Shown here: piece after piece, positions 9,446 to 19,504 of the stretch | Position numbering within the stretch: the first letter of the stretch is position 1 | How the letters are laid out: every line of letters begins with the position of its first letter | Virus record (IMG/VR): IMGVR_UViG_3300027741_000022 | Location: 64,001-128,000 of that record | Length of the DNA: 64,000 nucleotides | Strand: one strand, 5' to 3' | Origin: a virus | The notes under the pieces: model-generated | The model's input: the letters and a program-made list of their open reading frames with translations, nothing else | Databases searched by the model: none | What the model was told of the DNA's origin: nothing | Program-made: the position numbers and the translations under genes

Positions 9446-10027
9446 TGGACACCAAATTCTATTTGATAAACCGCATTTTCTCAATCCAATATTCACCCAG
9501 TTATTGCAGTTTGTTACACAGCTATATTTTAGATTTGACTCGTAAAAGTCCCCAATCTGATAGTGCCAATCTTCTTTTTTTATTTTTTGTTTATTGTATG
9601 AATTTGTTATATGTTTCTTTAATGCGTTGAATTGTTTTTTGTTTGCAGTGAATTTTTTCAATCTTTTTTCTTTGGGAATTTCATCTAAAAAGTCTACTCT
9701 CAATACGGTTTTGTTTAATCCAAAGAAAGCTTTTACAAAATTTTCAATTTTTAGATCTGCCCACTTTTGTGTCTCTAAGAATATTGATCTGTCGCCCCAA
9801 CCTATTGAAACATATTTCTTATCAGTCTTAAATATATTTGTCCAATCTTTTGATTCAAAAACATAGTCAGAATGAATAGCATCTTTTATCACAAAAATCT
9901 TTTTTCTGCCTTTCAATTTCTCAATTTTTCCACTTTTAAATAGCGGCAAAAGCAAGCAACAAATCAAATAAATTAAGAATATTGGGAAAAAAACTAAAAA
10001 TACGGTAAAATAAAACAATTTCTTCAT
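9428..10027 (-). CDS. DUF2459-like membrane-anchored protein
   Basis: N-term TM helix, IHSD, IGWGDR, NCNNW. Confidence 0.65.
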   Translation of the reverse strand: MKKLFYFTVFLVFFPIFLIYLICCLLLPLFKSGKIEKLKGRKKIFVIKDAIHSDYVFESKDWTNIFKTDKKYVSIGWGDRSIFLETQKWADLKIENFVKAFFGLNKTVLRVDFLDEIPKEKRLKKFTANKKQFNALKKHITNSYNKQKIKKEDWHYQIGDFYESNLKYSCVTNCNNWVNIGLRKCGLSNRIWCPLSFWI

Positions 10028-10128
10028 GCATTAGCTATCCATTTTATTTTAATTTTTAAATAAAAGAATTATATATACTTATAGAAGAAATTGTTTCTTC
10101 TATTGTCTTAATTTTTAAGGAGAAAAAT

Positions 10129-10347
10129 ATGGCTAGCTATGCAGTTAAATTAACTCCCGATGTTGTAAACCTCGGGACAGAAGGTTCTTTAGACGTTACC
10201 GTCAATGGCGTAAGCATCCAAAGAACAATGGACATGGTTCTTGTTAAGAACAGCGGTTACAAAATGGTCAGCAGACTAAAAGATGGCGATACATTTGATG
10301 ACGTTGTTTCTGATCTTGGCATGTACGCAAACGTTGTTGAACTCTGA
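10129..10347 (+). CDS. small hypothetical protein
   Basis: Strong SD (AAGGAGA) and downstream terminator. Confidence 0.75.
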   Translation: MASYAVKLTPDVVNLGTEGSLDVTVNGVSIQRTMDMVLVKNSGYKMVSRLKDGDTFDDVVSDLGMYANVVEL

Positions 10348-10375
10348 TCTATTTTTTCATAAAATGGTCTAAATT

Positions 10376-10416
10376 GGACGCTCTGGTTGAAAAACTTGGG
10401 CGTCTTTTTATTTTTT
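10376..10416 (+). terminator. intrinsic terminator
   Basis: Stem-loop followed by a T-tract. Confidence 0.65.
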
Positions 10417-10426
10417 AGGTGAGAAA

Positions 10427-11179
10427 GTGATTTACAAAAACCGATCCCAGGCAGTCAAAGAAACTGGAATTTCTTATTTAGGATCTGTGAATCTTACTGC
10501 AAAGCACATAAAAGCCTATAAGTATAACGAGCTTACATATTCGCTTTATTTAGCTCCAGCAGACATATCTGGATATGAAGTTTGTCCTCTCAGAACAAAA
10601 GATTGCACAAGAGCTTGTTTGCATGAATCTGGGTTAAACAAAATAGATGTTAAGGCAAACAAGATAAATAAATCCAGGATTGCCAAGACTAAATTGTTTT
10701 TCGAAAACAGAGATTTCTTTATGCGTTGGATGATTGATGAAATCCAATCCGCAAGAGAAAAAGCCACTAGACAGAACCAAAGGTTTTCGGTTAGACTCAA
10801 CAACACTAGCGATATATCGCCGGAGCAGTTTGCCTTGGGTGGCAAAAATATATTAGAAATTTTTAATGAAAATCAATTTTATGACTACACGAAGCTATAC
10901 AGAAGAATAGATCTTGCTAAAAAGTATCCCAATTACGATATAACCTTTAGTTATAGCGGTGAAAATAAAGAAGATTGTTTAAATGCCTTGAATATAGATG
11001 ATACTCGGGTTGCAGTTGTTTTTAAGGATGTTTTGCCCGAAAAATTTTGGGATTTTGATGTTGTGAATGGCGATGAATATGACATGAGATATTATGATCC
11101 CAAGAATGTTGTGATTGGATTAAAGTTTAAAGACGTAAGAAACGAAATAGATTTCGAAAACACTTCTTTCATAAACTAA
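10427..11179 (+). CDS. phage GP88-like protein
   Basis: LYLAPA, CP..C..ACL, RLNNTSDI, FYDYTK, NGDEYD.R..D, IGLKFK. Confidence 0.7.
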   Translation: MIYKNRSQAVKETGISYLGSVNLTAKHIKAYKYNELTYSLYLAPADISGYEVCPLRTKDCTRACLHESGLNKIDVKANKINKSRIAKTKLFFENRDFFMRWMIDEIQSAREKATRQNQRFSVRLNNTSDISPEQFALGGKNILEIFNENQFYDYTKLYRRIDLAKKYPNYDITFSYSGENKEDCLNALNIDDTRVAVVFKDVLPEKFWDFDVVNGDEYDMRYYDPKNVVIGLKFKDVRNEIDFENTSFIN

Positions 11180-11180
11180 T

Positions 11181-11741
11181 ATGCCAAAAACAGATCTGGT
11201 TCGTGGAAAGTCTGCAAAACAGTGGGCAGAGGAATTGAATCTTTCTGTCCCTCGTATATACCAGCTCAAAAGAAAAAATCAGCTTGAAGCTAAAATAGAT
11301 GGCTTTTGGCAACCTACGATTAAACAGTATCCAAAATATTTTGGGCATTCTTCAAAAGAATGGGCTAAGAAGCTCAATACTTCAAGATCGAAGATAATGG
11401 AGCTGATTCGTAGTGGCGAATTTGAAAAAGTAATTAAAACTGGTGTTTTTCCAAAGAAAAAAGTTGGGCGGTTAATTGACGGTAAAAATCTTAGCCAATG
11501 GGCTAAAGAACTTGGCATAACAAGAGAAAGAGCCAGACAACTCGCAAACAAAAACAAACTTGTTGGAAGAAAAACAAATGTGAATCAATATGAAGAATAT
11601 AGAAAAAGGAAGCAACAAGAAATAAGCCAAGAAAATAAATTAATTCTCGAAGTCTATAAAAGCCTCAAATTATCAAAAGAAGAATTAGCAATAAAATTAA
11701 ATACAACAATATACAAAATTGATAGAGCGCTAGAGTCCTAG
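11181..11741 (+). CDS. tandem helix-turn-helix repeat protein
   Basis: Three KxxxxWAxEL-like HTH repeats. Confidence 0.6.
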   Translation: MPKTDLVRGKSAKQWAEELNLSVPRIYQLKRKNQLEAKIDGFWQPTIKQYPKYFGHSSKEWAKKLNTSRSKIMELIRSGEFEKVIKTGVFPKKKVGRLIDGKNLSQWAKELGITRERARQLANKNKLVGRKTNVNQYEEYRKRKQQEISQENKLILEVYKSLKLSKEELAIKLNTTIYKIDRALES

Positions 11742-11742
11742 G

Positions 11743-11759
11743 TTTCCTCCCGGTACGCT
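11743..11759 (+). promoter_or_regulatory. repeated promoter-like motif
   Basis: TTTCCTCCCGGTACGCT. Confidence 0.75.
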
Positions 11760-11811
11760 TTGCTGTTGTAGGAGTCGGGAACCACAATACACTTTTTTAG
11801 GAGTCGATAAT

Positions 11812-12870
11812 ATGTCCGAAAGCCTCATGATTGACCGGAATCTTATTACTGGAAGTCTTGCCGACACGATCAGGCGTAACCGTAAGGATGAACGCCCAGC
11901 CCTTATTTTTGGTCCTCCAGGTGTAGGTAAGAGCGAGCAAGTTAGGCAGGCTGGCGAAGAAGCGGACACTGTAATTGATCTTAGGCTTAACAGCTTGGAT
12001 TCAATTGATCTTCGTGGTCTGCCAACAATTCAAAAAGATGAGAATGGCAATCCAACTAAGGTTGTGTGGATTCGTCCTGAGTTTATTCCTTGGGATGGTA
12101 GGGGCATTCTTTTCCTCGATGAAATCAATACTGCTGCTCCAAGTGTTCAAAATCCGGCTTTACAGTTGGTTTTGGATCGCCGTATTGGATCGCATGAGTT
12201 GGGTAAGGATTGGTATATTTGTGCCGCCGGCAATCGTGCAGAAGATAAGGCGCACGTTTACCCTCTTAGCGGAGCTTTGATCGACAGGTTTGCTGTTTAT
12301 GATTATTTGCCCGATTATATGACTTGGAGTGATTGGGCGATGAAGAGTGGCATTCACGATACCGTGATCGGTTTTATTTCCTTTAGGAAAGAGCTTTTGC
12401 TCCAGCCAAGAGTTGATGAATATACTCCAAGCACCAATCCAAGAAGCTGGTCTTATGTGAGCAAGAAGCTTCACAATAAACACACAAGCCTGCAGGATAT
12501 TAGAGCTTGTGTTGGAGCGGCTGCAAGTGAGTTTCTCGCATATCTAGATGTTTATAAGAATCTTCCAGATATGGATAAGCTGATTAGCGGTAAGTCTAAG
12601 TGGAAGGAAGACAAGTCTAAGATCAGTGTTAGTTATGCAATTAGCACAAGTCTTGCAACCCATCTTCTTGGCAACAAGACTCCAGAAAAGATTCTCGATA
12701 ATTGTATGAATGTTGTTCTTGAGATGAGTCCAGAACCCGCAGCACTTTTTGTTAGACGGGCAATGAATTCTACGTCTAAGATTAAGTCTCTCATGTATTC
12801 AAGCAATGTTGTTGAAAAGTGGCTTGAGAAAAACCGAGAGCTTATTTCTGCATCTGTTGATCTTGTCTAA
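11812..12870 (+). CDS. MoxR-like AAA+ ATPase
   Basis: Walker A GPPGVGKS, Walker B LFLDEIN, AAGN sensor. Confidence 0.85.
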   Translation: MSESLMIDRNLITGSLADTIRRNRKDERPALIFGPPGVGKSEQVRQAGEEADTVIDLRLNSLDSIDLRGLPTIQKDENGNPTKVVWIRPEFIPWDGRGILFLDEINTAAPSVQNPALQLVLDRRIGSHELGKDWYICAAGNRAEDKAHVYPLSGALIDRFAVYDYLPDYMTWSDWAMKSGIHDTVIGFISFRKELLLQPRVDEYTPSTNPRSWSYVSKKLHNKHTSLQDIRACVGAAASEFLAYLDVYKNLPDMDKLISGKSKWKEDKSKISVSYAISTSLATHLLGNKTPEKILDNCMNVVLEMSPEPAALFVRRAMNSTSKIKSLMYSSNVVEKWLEKNRELISASVDLV

Positions 12871-12889
12871 TAGAAAGAGAACGTGATAT

Positions 12890-14218
12890 ATGCCCACAAA
12901 GACAAAAGTTAAACAAAATCTTGAAATTTCTCAAGAAGAAGAAAATGGATTTCGTAATAGACTAGATGTTGTGTTGTTTGGTTTTGCTCATTGGTTTCCT
13001 TTTTGGGGAATCTTGAGTGAAAGGTGCCGGTATAGTTTGACAAAGAACAACCTTCTTTGTCCAACTGCTTGTGTTGATAAAAATGGTCATATCATTTTCA
13101 ACCTTGAGTTTGTTGCCACATTGAGCAACGAGCAATTTCTTTTCTTGGTTGCTCATGAAATTTGTCATTTTGTTTTTGAACACGCACCCAGAATGGGAGG
13201 TAGAGATTCTTTATTGTGGAATATAGCGGCAGATTATGCTATTAATCTGATGCTTCACTATCAATTCAACAACATGAAATATATCATCAAGGATATTATT
13301 TTTGATGATTCTTGGAAAAGTGGGGGAGAATGTAAATATGATGGATTGACCGTAGAAGCTATTTATGAAGATCTCAAGAAGGATAAAGACAATAAGTATG
13401 TCAAGGCTATGGGGTCTGGCAATTCTCCCAAGGATATTATTGTTTATGTTTTCGATGAGAACGAAAATGAGCCTGGAGACGGCAAGCCTTCTGAAGGTGA
13501 TATAAAGTATGTCAATATTAGAGATCGGCGTGTTCCACTTCCAAACAAAAAGGGTAAATCTCCCGAGCAAATTTCTCAGGAAATGAAGGATCATGTTCGC
13601 AAAGCAATTACCGAGGCTTTTACTATTTCAAAAAGTCAAGGAAATATGCCTGCTAATTTTGAGCGAGCTATCCATAAACTCTTAAAGCCAAAGATTGATT
13701 GGATTTCTGCCTTAAGGCAGCGATTGAGGCATGGCGTAAGCAGAATGGAAAAAAGAGACACTACTTGGATGATTCCTAATCGTAGGTTTCTTGGCGGAGA
13801 TTTTGTTTTTCCAAGTAATGTTGGTCCCGAAAGCCCAAAGATTTGCTATGCTATTGACACAAGCGGCAGCATGAGTCAAGAAGATATTACCAAAGCTATT
13901 TCTGAGCTTGAGGAAATTCGAAAGAGGTTTAACGCAAAGGTTTATTTTCTTGATTGTGACGCAAATGTTTATTCAAGCAAGTGGATTGGTCCGAATGAGC
14001 CACTGCCTAAATTAGCTGGTGGTGGTGGAACTGACTTTAGACCTGTGTTTGAACACTTAAACGACAAGAAAATCAATCCAGATTACTGTATATTCTTCAC
14101 TGATGGATATGGTGAATTTGGAGAAAACCAAAAGCATCTAAATGTTCTTTGGATAATGACAAGCGATGTTGTTCCTCCGTTTGGAGACGTTATTCGTTAT
14201 AATGTAATGCAGGAGTAG
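12890..14218 (+). CDS. metallopeptidase (DUF2201-like) plus VWA domain protein
   Basis: AHEICH (HExxH), IDTSGS MIDAS, GGGGTDFRP, FFTDG. Confidence 0.85.
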   Translation: MPTKTKVKQNLEISQEEENGFRNRLDVVLFGFAHWFPFWGILSERCRYSLTKNNLLCPTACVDKNGHIIFNLEFVATLSNEQFLFLVAHEICHFVFEHAPRMGGRDSLLWNIAADYAINLMLHYQFNNMKYIIKDIIFDDSWKSGGECKYDGLTVEAIYEDLKKDKDNKYVKAMGSGNSPKDIIVYVFDENENEPGDGKPSEGDIKYVNIRDRRVPLPNKKGKSPEQISQEMKDHVRKAITEAFTISKSQGNMPANFERAIHKLLKPKIDWISALRQRLRHGVSRMEKRDTTWMIPNRRFLGGDFVFPSNVGPESPKICYAIDTSGSMSQEDITKAISELEEIRKRFNAKVYFLDCDANVYSSKWIGPNEPLPKLAGGGGTDFRPVFEHLNDKKINPDYCIFFTDGYGEFGENQKHLNVLWIMTSDVVPPFGDVIRYNVMQE

Positions 14219-14222
14219 TGTT

Positions 14223-14888
14223 TTGAAGGATTATTTCTACAAACCAGTCAAGGAAGATACAAAAGAACAAAACGTTCTTTTTTGGGGCTGCTTGCATTAT
14301 GGGCACGATCCAGATTGGAATATCCCTCTTTGGAAAAATAGGGGATACAATAGCTGTGTCGAACACGATTTAGGGATCGTGAATAATTGGAATTCAAAGG
14401 CAAGCCAAAATACAATTGGTTTCCTTTTGGGTGACAATATATTTGGACATAATGCCGAGGAACGACTTAAAAAGTTTTTCCAAGACATAATGTTCAAAAA
14501 GCTTTATGTCATGCCTGGAAATCATCAGGCTGGATGGAAACAGATATTTGAAAGTGTCGATGAAAACGTTTATACTGAACATGGAAGAGAAGTAATTTTT
14601 GTTCCAAATTATCTTGAAGCCGTAATTGGTGGTCAAGAAATTGTAATGTCTCATTATCCTTTGGCGAGTTGGAACCGTCAAAGCAAAGGATCTTTTATGA
14701 TTCATAGTCACACTCACGCCAATCTTTACAAAAGTGAAGTCGGTAAAATTCTCTATAAAGCCAAGATTATAGATGTGGGCGTGGAAAATTGTCCATTTCC
14801 AATGAGTCTTTCTGAGATAAAACAAAAATTTAGGAACATGAACAACACTTCTTTTGACCACCATACTTCTGATACACTAATGCCTTGA
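14223..14888 (+). CDS. calcineurin-like metallophosphoesterase
   Basis: GCLHYGH, LGD, PGNH, SHYP, HSHTH. Confidence 0.8.
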   Translation: MKDYFYKPVKEDTKEQNVLFWGCLHYGHDPDWNIPLWKNRGYNSCVEHDLGIVNNWNSKASQNTIGFLLGDNIFGHNAEERLKKFFQDIMFKKLYVMPGNHQAGWKQIFESVDENVYTEHGREVIFVPNYLEAVIGGQEIVMSHYPLASWNRQSKGSFMIHSHTHANLYKSEVGKILYKAKIIDVGVENCPFPMSLSEIKQKFRNMNNTSFDHHTSDTLMP

Positions 14889-14899
14889 CAGGTTAAAAA

Positions 14900-15658
14900 A
14901 TGCTCAGACAAAGAATTCATTATTGGAGTTGCAGCAAGTTTGCAAACCTTATTAGAGGTTGTGAAAAACCACCTTATTTAACTATGGAGGATTGGGAAAA
15001 GTGGAGAAGCGAGGTAAAAGCCAAGTCCCCAATCAGATACTTTATTGCAGAAAAACTGCTGAATAAAATTCAGGATTTCATTAACTTTCCAAAAGACACC
15101 TACAACAGCATCAGATATTACATAAGAAATAGATTTATCACTAAGACTCATTATCTTAAAACCGGTCTGGAGCCTGGGGTTTATCATGAGCTTGATGAAA
15201 GAATTTTATACGGATTATTTAATGAGCTTGTTGATTTTGTAGAAGTTGAACAAGCATGGATCAATTATATTTCTAATGACAAGAAATATAATTTCAAAAA
15301 TGGAAGATGTATAGAATCTGGTCTTGATCACCTTAAATGGGCTTCTGGATTGAAGTATGATGAAGATTGCGGAATAGCAGAGGGAGAAGAACTTTATGGC
15401 AAGCCCACACCACAATCAGAATCAGCATTAAAGATTTTAGAGCTATACAATTGGTGGAAAGATAGAAAATACCGCCTCGATCCAACCGAGGCTAGTGGTT
15501 GGTCTGATTATTGTCAAAAAAAGAAAATTGAAGGCAAAAATGATGAAGAAAGTAGAATCGCACTAGAAAAATTGACTAATTTAGAAGAAAAATATGAAAA
15601 AGAAGATGAAGATATGCTGATAGAATTAATAAAAATTCGCAAACATTTGTGGACTTAA
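14900..15658 (+). CDS. hypothetical protein
   Basis: Long ORF in operon. Confidence 0.7.
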   Translation: MLRQRIHYWSCSKFANLIRGCEKPPYLTMEDWEKWRSEVKAKSPIRYFIAEKLLNKIQDFINFPKDTYNSIRYYIRNRFITKTHYLKTGLEPGVYHELDERILYGLFNELVDFVEVEQAWINYISNDKKYNFKNGRCIESGLDHLKWASGLKYDEDCGIAEGEELYGKPTPQSESALKILELYNWWKDRKYRLDPTEASGWSDYCQKKKIEGKNDEESRIALEKLTNLEEKYEKEDEDMLIELIKIRKHLWT

Positions 15659-15673
15659 AACTATAAATAACTC

Positions 15674-15835
15674 ATGAGAGTTATTTGCGTAAACAATGAA
15701 AATTATCCGGTTTCTCTTTCTTTAAATAAAGAATATGAAGTTGTAAGAATAGAAGAATTTTTTTATGTTATTTTGGATGAAACTCTAGAAGAATACTTAT
15801 ACCCAATAGAGCTTTTTGAAATTTCAAAGGATTGA
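15674..15835 (+). CDS. small hypothetical protein (not in ORF track)
   Basis: 53 aa MRVICVNNENY...; TATAAATA just upstream at 15662. Confidence 0.55.
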   Translation: MRVICVNNENYPVSLSLNKEYEVVRIEEFFYVILDETLEEYLYPIELFEISKD

Positions 15836-15867
15836 AAAAGCATCTAACATATTGTATAATGAAGGCT

Positions 15868-16284
15868 ATGAATCTCGAAAGGATTATTGAGACAAGCTTT
15901 GCTCTTGCTGGCAAATATCCCTATAAAAATAGGTGCAAGCACTTTAGCTTTATTCTTGAAAGAAATAGATTAATTTCCATTGGAATAAACAGCCCTAAAA
16001 CTCATCCGCTAAACTTAAAGTTCAATTATGTCAACAAGCAAAAGCTTAAGATAAACGATATAGTTGGAACACATTCTGAATTGAGTGCTGTGATAAAACT
16101 TGGTAATGAAAATTGCAAAGGTCTAACTATCATCAATACAAGAGTCAATAGAAACAACGAAATAGATAATAGTTGTCCTTGTAATGGCTGTAAGGATATG
16201 ATTAAGAAGCTTGGTTTTAAGAAGTTAGTTTATACCACAAAACAACAAAAATTTGAAATCATAGATGTGGAAAAAATCTCCTGA
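15868..16284 (+). CDS. cytidine/dCMP deaminase-like Zn protein
   Basis: HSE..PCNGC; TTGAAA-17-TATAAT promoter at 15832-15860. Confidence 0.75.
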   Translation: MNLERIIETSFALAGKYPYKNRCKHFSFILERNRLISIGINSPKTHPLNLKFNYVNKQKLKINDIVGTHSELSAVIKLGNENCKGLTIINTRVNRNNEIDNSCPCNGCKDMIKKLGFKKLVYTTKQQKFEIIDVEKIS

Positions 16285-16480
16285 AGACAGTGGTTTCTAT
16301 TGGTATTGTTATAGTAAAGATAAAACCTTACATAAAGTTGTTTGTCAGTACGAACGTGTGTCTAAATCTGTTATCTTTCCGGGCGGTGGATATTCAGCCC
16401 CCTACACCCCTTTAGAGCATCTTAGCGATCTTGATGGTTTTTGGTTCGGTCCTATAGTGCCTCCTGATGATCCCGTATAA
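16265..16480 (+). CDS. hypothetical protein
   Basis: ORF in operon. Confidence 0.55.
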   Translation: MWKKSPEDSGFYWYCYSKDKTLHKVVCQYERVSKSVIFPGGGYSAPYTPLEHLSDLDGFWFGPIVPPDDPV

Positions 16481-16490
16481 AGGTTTTGAG

Positions 16491-17333
16491 ATGGATTTCA
16501 AAGATAGAATCGAAAAAATAAAAAGTATACTTCCTTTAAAGTTTTTTTACGAAAAAAGCTTTGATACAAATTCAAGAACTAAAATATTATCTGATTTGAA
16601 GTTGGATGGTCTCGATAAAGAATCATCTATTTTAAGATGCGGAGTTCTTTTAACTAGGGAGCAAGAACTTCACCTGTTCAGAAGATATAACTATATCAAA
16701 TATAGGATTTCCAAACTAACTGTCAATCTTGAAAAATTAAGAGATAGTGGATTAACTGAGATAGAAAAAAATATCAATAAGATGCACGAGACCAGAAATG
16801 TTATCATGAAGTGTAATATGCGTCTTATTGTTAAACCTTCTATCAAACATTTTGGCGTAGATACCTTTAATACAGAAGAGTTTTTCTCTAATGGTTATAT
16901 TCACATGATGAGAGCTATAGACTTTTTTGATCATACAAGAGGGTTTAAGTTTTCAACATACTTTGTTAATGTTTTGTATAGAAATTTTCAAAGAGATAGA
17001 GCTAAGCTTTTTGATAGCAGGTGTGATTTTCTTGAACATGATCCTCAAGACCAAAGAGATGTCAATTACCGAGAAATAAATCACAACTATAACAGACGGT
17101 TTATCAAAGATATGTTAGCCACTTTGGGCGAAAGCTTAAAGGGTTCAAGAAAAGATCCTGTTGTTAGAGCGGCTGTTATTGAAAAATATTTCGGCATAGA
17201 CAACGGCGAAGAAAAAACACTACATGAAGTTGGTCTTCAATTTGGTGTTTCAAGAGAGCGTATTCGACAATTGGTTGATGATACAATCAATGTTCTTAAA
17301 AAATCAAACATCTCTTACGATCCCCTTGATTGA
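16491..17333 (+). CDS. sigma-70 family RNA polymerase sigma factor
   Basis: LLTREQELHLFRRYN, NMRLIV, FDHTRGFKFSTY (region 2), TLHEVG..FGVSRERIRQL (region 4). Confidence 0.9.
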   Translation: MDFKDRIEKIKSILPLKFFYEKSFDTNSRTKILSDLKLDGLDKESSILRCGVLLTREQELHLFRRYNYIKYRISKLTVNLEKLRDSGLTEIEKNINKMHETRNVIMKCNMRLIVKPSIKHFGVDTFNTEEFFSNGYIHMMRAIDFFDHTRGFKFSTYFVNVLYRNFQRDRAKLFDSRCDFLEHDPQDQRDVNYREINHNYNRRFIKDMLATLGESLKGSRKDPVVRAAVIEKYFGIDNGEEKTLHEVGLQFGVSRERIRQLVDDTINVLKKSNISYDPLD

Positions 17334-17542
17334 AGTGGTCTATGCGTAGAAATTTAGAAGAATTTTTTCTTTATTTTTGGCAACTATCTGGTGTTGTCTT
17401 TATATTTTTAATGATTATGATCACAATAATCAGAATATTATCGATTTGACAACTTCTTCAAAGATTATACACTCAGCACTTCTTGCGGGGGGTCTGAGAA
17501 TCACTGGTGGAACGTGATTTAAATTTAGCTTATAGTTAGATT

Positions 17543-18181
17543 ATGGAGAATCTAATGATAGAAGAATATGTTGATGTTGATTGTGAAGAATCACCTATTG
17601 ATTTAAGTTTTTGGGAAGAGTCTTATGGATATGATCACTATGAAACTTATTTTAAGACCGTTAATCAAAAATTAAAATCTGACGCTAAATTTGCTTTTCA
17701 ATATGCACAAAAAAATGGTAGACTAACAAAAGAATATGAACGTGTTTTTCTAACTGATCCTGAACAAGCTTTTTTATATTCTTTTTGGGTTATTCGTTGT
17801 AAGCTTCCCGTAGGAATAGAAAAAGTTTTTATAAAGAGTGCAAAGTGGGCTTTTTCTTATGCAAAAAATGTTTACAAAGGAAGATTGCCAAAAAATTTAG
17901 AAAAGGCTTTTGAGAATGACCCAGAATCAGCTTACAACTATGCTATTTTTATAAATCAAAAGCTTGAAGAGAAAACTGAGAATGTTTTTTTAAGAGATAC
18001 AATTGAAGAGCGAGGCGATGTTCTTCATGAAGATTTTTTTTGGGCTTGTCTTTATGCTAAAAATGTATTAAAAGGCAGGTTCTCAGAAAAAACCCATAAA
18101 TCGCTTTTCTTGAGGTACAGTTTTGATGAAGGATGCTCTAAGAAGTTTCTTAAGGAATATTTTAATGAAAACAAAGCCTGA
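17543..18181 (+). CDS. alpha-helical repeat protein (YA..V.KGR family)
   Basis: Repeats such as AFSYAKNVYKGRL and YAKNVLKGRF. Confidence 0.65.
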   Translation: MENLMIEEYVDVDCEESPIDLSFWEESYGYDHYETYFKTVNQKLKSDAKFAFQYAQKNGRLTKEYERVFLTDPEQAFLYSFWVIRCKLPVGIEKVFIKSAKWAFSYAKNVYKGRLPKNLEKAFENDPESAYNYAIFINQKLEEKTENVFLRDTIEERGDVLHEDFFWACLYAKNVLKGRFSEKTHKSLFLRYSFDEGCSKKFLKEYFNENKA

Positions 18182-18365
18182 GCCGACAAGAGTCAGAGTG
18201 ATAGATGAAATAAAAATTGGCGACTCTGTTCGCTTAAAATACGCCTCAGAAGAAGATATTAGGCTTACAGCTTATTATCTTTGGGAGCAAAATGGAAAAA
18301 TCGGAGATAGCAATCATTGGTGGGCTAAAGCAGAAGAGCATATCAGAGAAAAAATGAAGGCTTAG
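18165..18365 (+). CDS. DUF2934-like protein
   Basis: IRLTAYYLWEQNG..HWWAKAEE. Confidence 0.6.
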   Translation: MKTKPEPTRVRVIDEIKIGDSVRLKYASEEDIRLTAYYLWEQNGKIGDSNHWWAKAEEHIREKMKA

Positions 18366-18553
18366 CTCTTCTTTCGTTTCTTTTTCTTTCGTTTTTTCTT
18401 ACCAACTAGCTTTTCAACTTGCCAAGGTAAAGCTGTAGAATGACTATGAATAGATGCAGCGGGTATAGGTGGTTTTAAACCTAATGCTGCGTCCCAACGC
18501 AATCTTGTTGCTGGGCTTGATTCCTTAGCCAACCATTCTTTAAAGCTTATCAT
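18362..18553 (-). CDS. small basic protein with an FKEWL..E N-terminus
   Basis: MISFKEWLAKES...KKKRKKKKRKKS. Confidence 0.6.
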   Translation of the reverse strand: MISFKEWLAKESSPATRLRWDAALGLKPPIPAASIHSHSTALPWQVEKLVGKKKRKKKKRKKS

Positions 18554-18579
18554 AATAATATATATGCTTGCGTGACAAG

Positions 18580-18596
18580 TTTCTTCCTGGTACGCT
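18580..18596 (+). promoter_or_regulatory. repeated promoter-like motif, variant
   Basis: TTTCTTCCTGGTACGCT. Confidence 0.65.
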
Positions 18597-18668
18597 ACTT
18601 GGTTGCGACGAATAACAAACTGTTCGTGGTACGCTGAGAAATCTGGCGTAAGCCGGATAGATAAGTTC

Positions 18669-18980
18669 ATGGAGTTTAAGTGCTTTTTAGAAATGGCAAG
18701 TTTCACTTTGCCACACCCCATTAAAATAGATGGTGAATATGTAACTGCTGTAGATATGCAGTTTGAAAAATATCCACGTACAATAAATGATTCTGGCAAG
18801 GTTATGAACCAAGGATCAAAGTTTATTGCAAAGATACCAGATAGCTCCGACTATATTGTTTATGATGGAGCCGGAAGTTCTAATTTTGTAAGTAAAAACG
18901 ATATAATTGGATATATCACAAGAGGTTTCAGTAAAATTGGCGTCGATTGGTGGAAAAAAGCCTTCTTTGTAAAAGATTGA
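18669..18980 (+). CDS. hypothetical protein
   Basis: ORF starting MEFKCFLE. Confidence 0.6.
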   Translation: MEFKCFLEMASFTLPHPIKIDGEYVTAVDMQFEKYPRTINDSGKVMNQGSKFIAKIPDSSDYIVYDGAGSSNFVSKNDIIGYITRGFSKIGVDWWKKAFFVKD

Positions 18981-18987
18981 GTTAACT

Positions 18988-19203
18988 GTGAATTGTTCAA
19001 ATTGCGGCGAAGTTGTAAATTTTGAAAGAGCTGAATTTCTTCTTTCTACACACAGACAAATTACTTGTTTGATTTGTTCTAAAGAGCCAAGAAAGACTGG
19101 CTTGATGGACTATTCTCATAAAACCGCCCCACAACTTGTCCTTCTGCCAGAAGATCCAGAAGTAAAAAGAATCGCAATGAGGGCTTTTTGCAGAGCTAGG
19201 TAA
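18988..19203 (+). CDS. DksA/TraR-like C4 zinc-finger protein
   Basis: CSNC..ERAEFL..CLIC. Confidence 0.65.
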   Translation: MNCSNCGEVVNFERAEFLLSTHRQITCLICSKEPRKTGLMDYSHKTAPQLVLLPEDPEVKRIAMRAFCRAR

Positions 19204-19479
19204 ATGAGCATAGATAATCAAATTTCAATTATCGCAAAAAAGAATAAAGATTTGGCAAACTGTATTGATAATCAATATGGTTGTTTGACGATGGAAAATA
19301 TTAAAGAGCTTGCCAAAGACTTTCCGACTCATATGCTTTTGGTAAGGTGTGGCAATGGAAGGTTCGTTACAGCCGCCGACAGTGTAGAGCATTTTTGTGA
19401 GGTTGTTGGAAAGAGCAATAAAGATTATGTTCGTGATGTATCCTTAGTTGTTGATGATTGGATTCCCAATAGGTTTTAA
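19204..19479 (+). CDS. hypothetical protein
   Basis: ORF in operon. Confidence 0.6.
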   Translation: MSIDNQISIIAKKNKDLANCIDNQYGCLTMENIKELAKDFPTHMLLVRCGNGRFVTAADSVEHFCEVVGKSNKDYVRDVSLVVDDWIPNRF

Positions 19480-19504
19480 TTTTTTAATATAGGAGATTAT
19501 AAAA

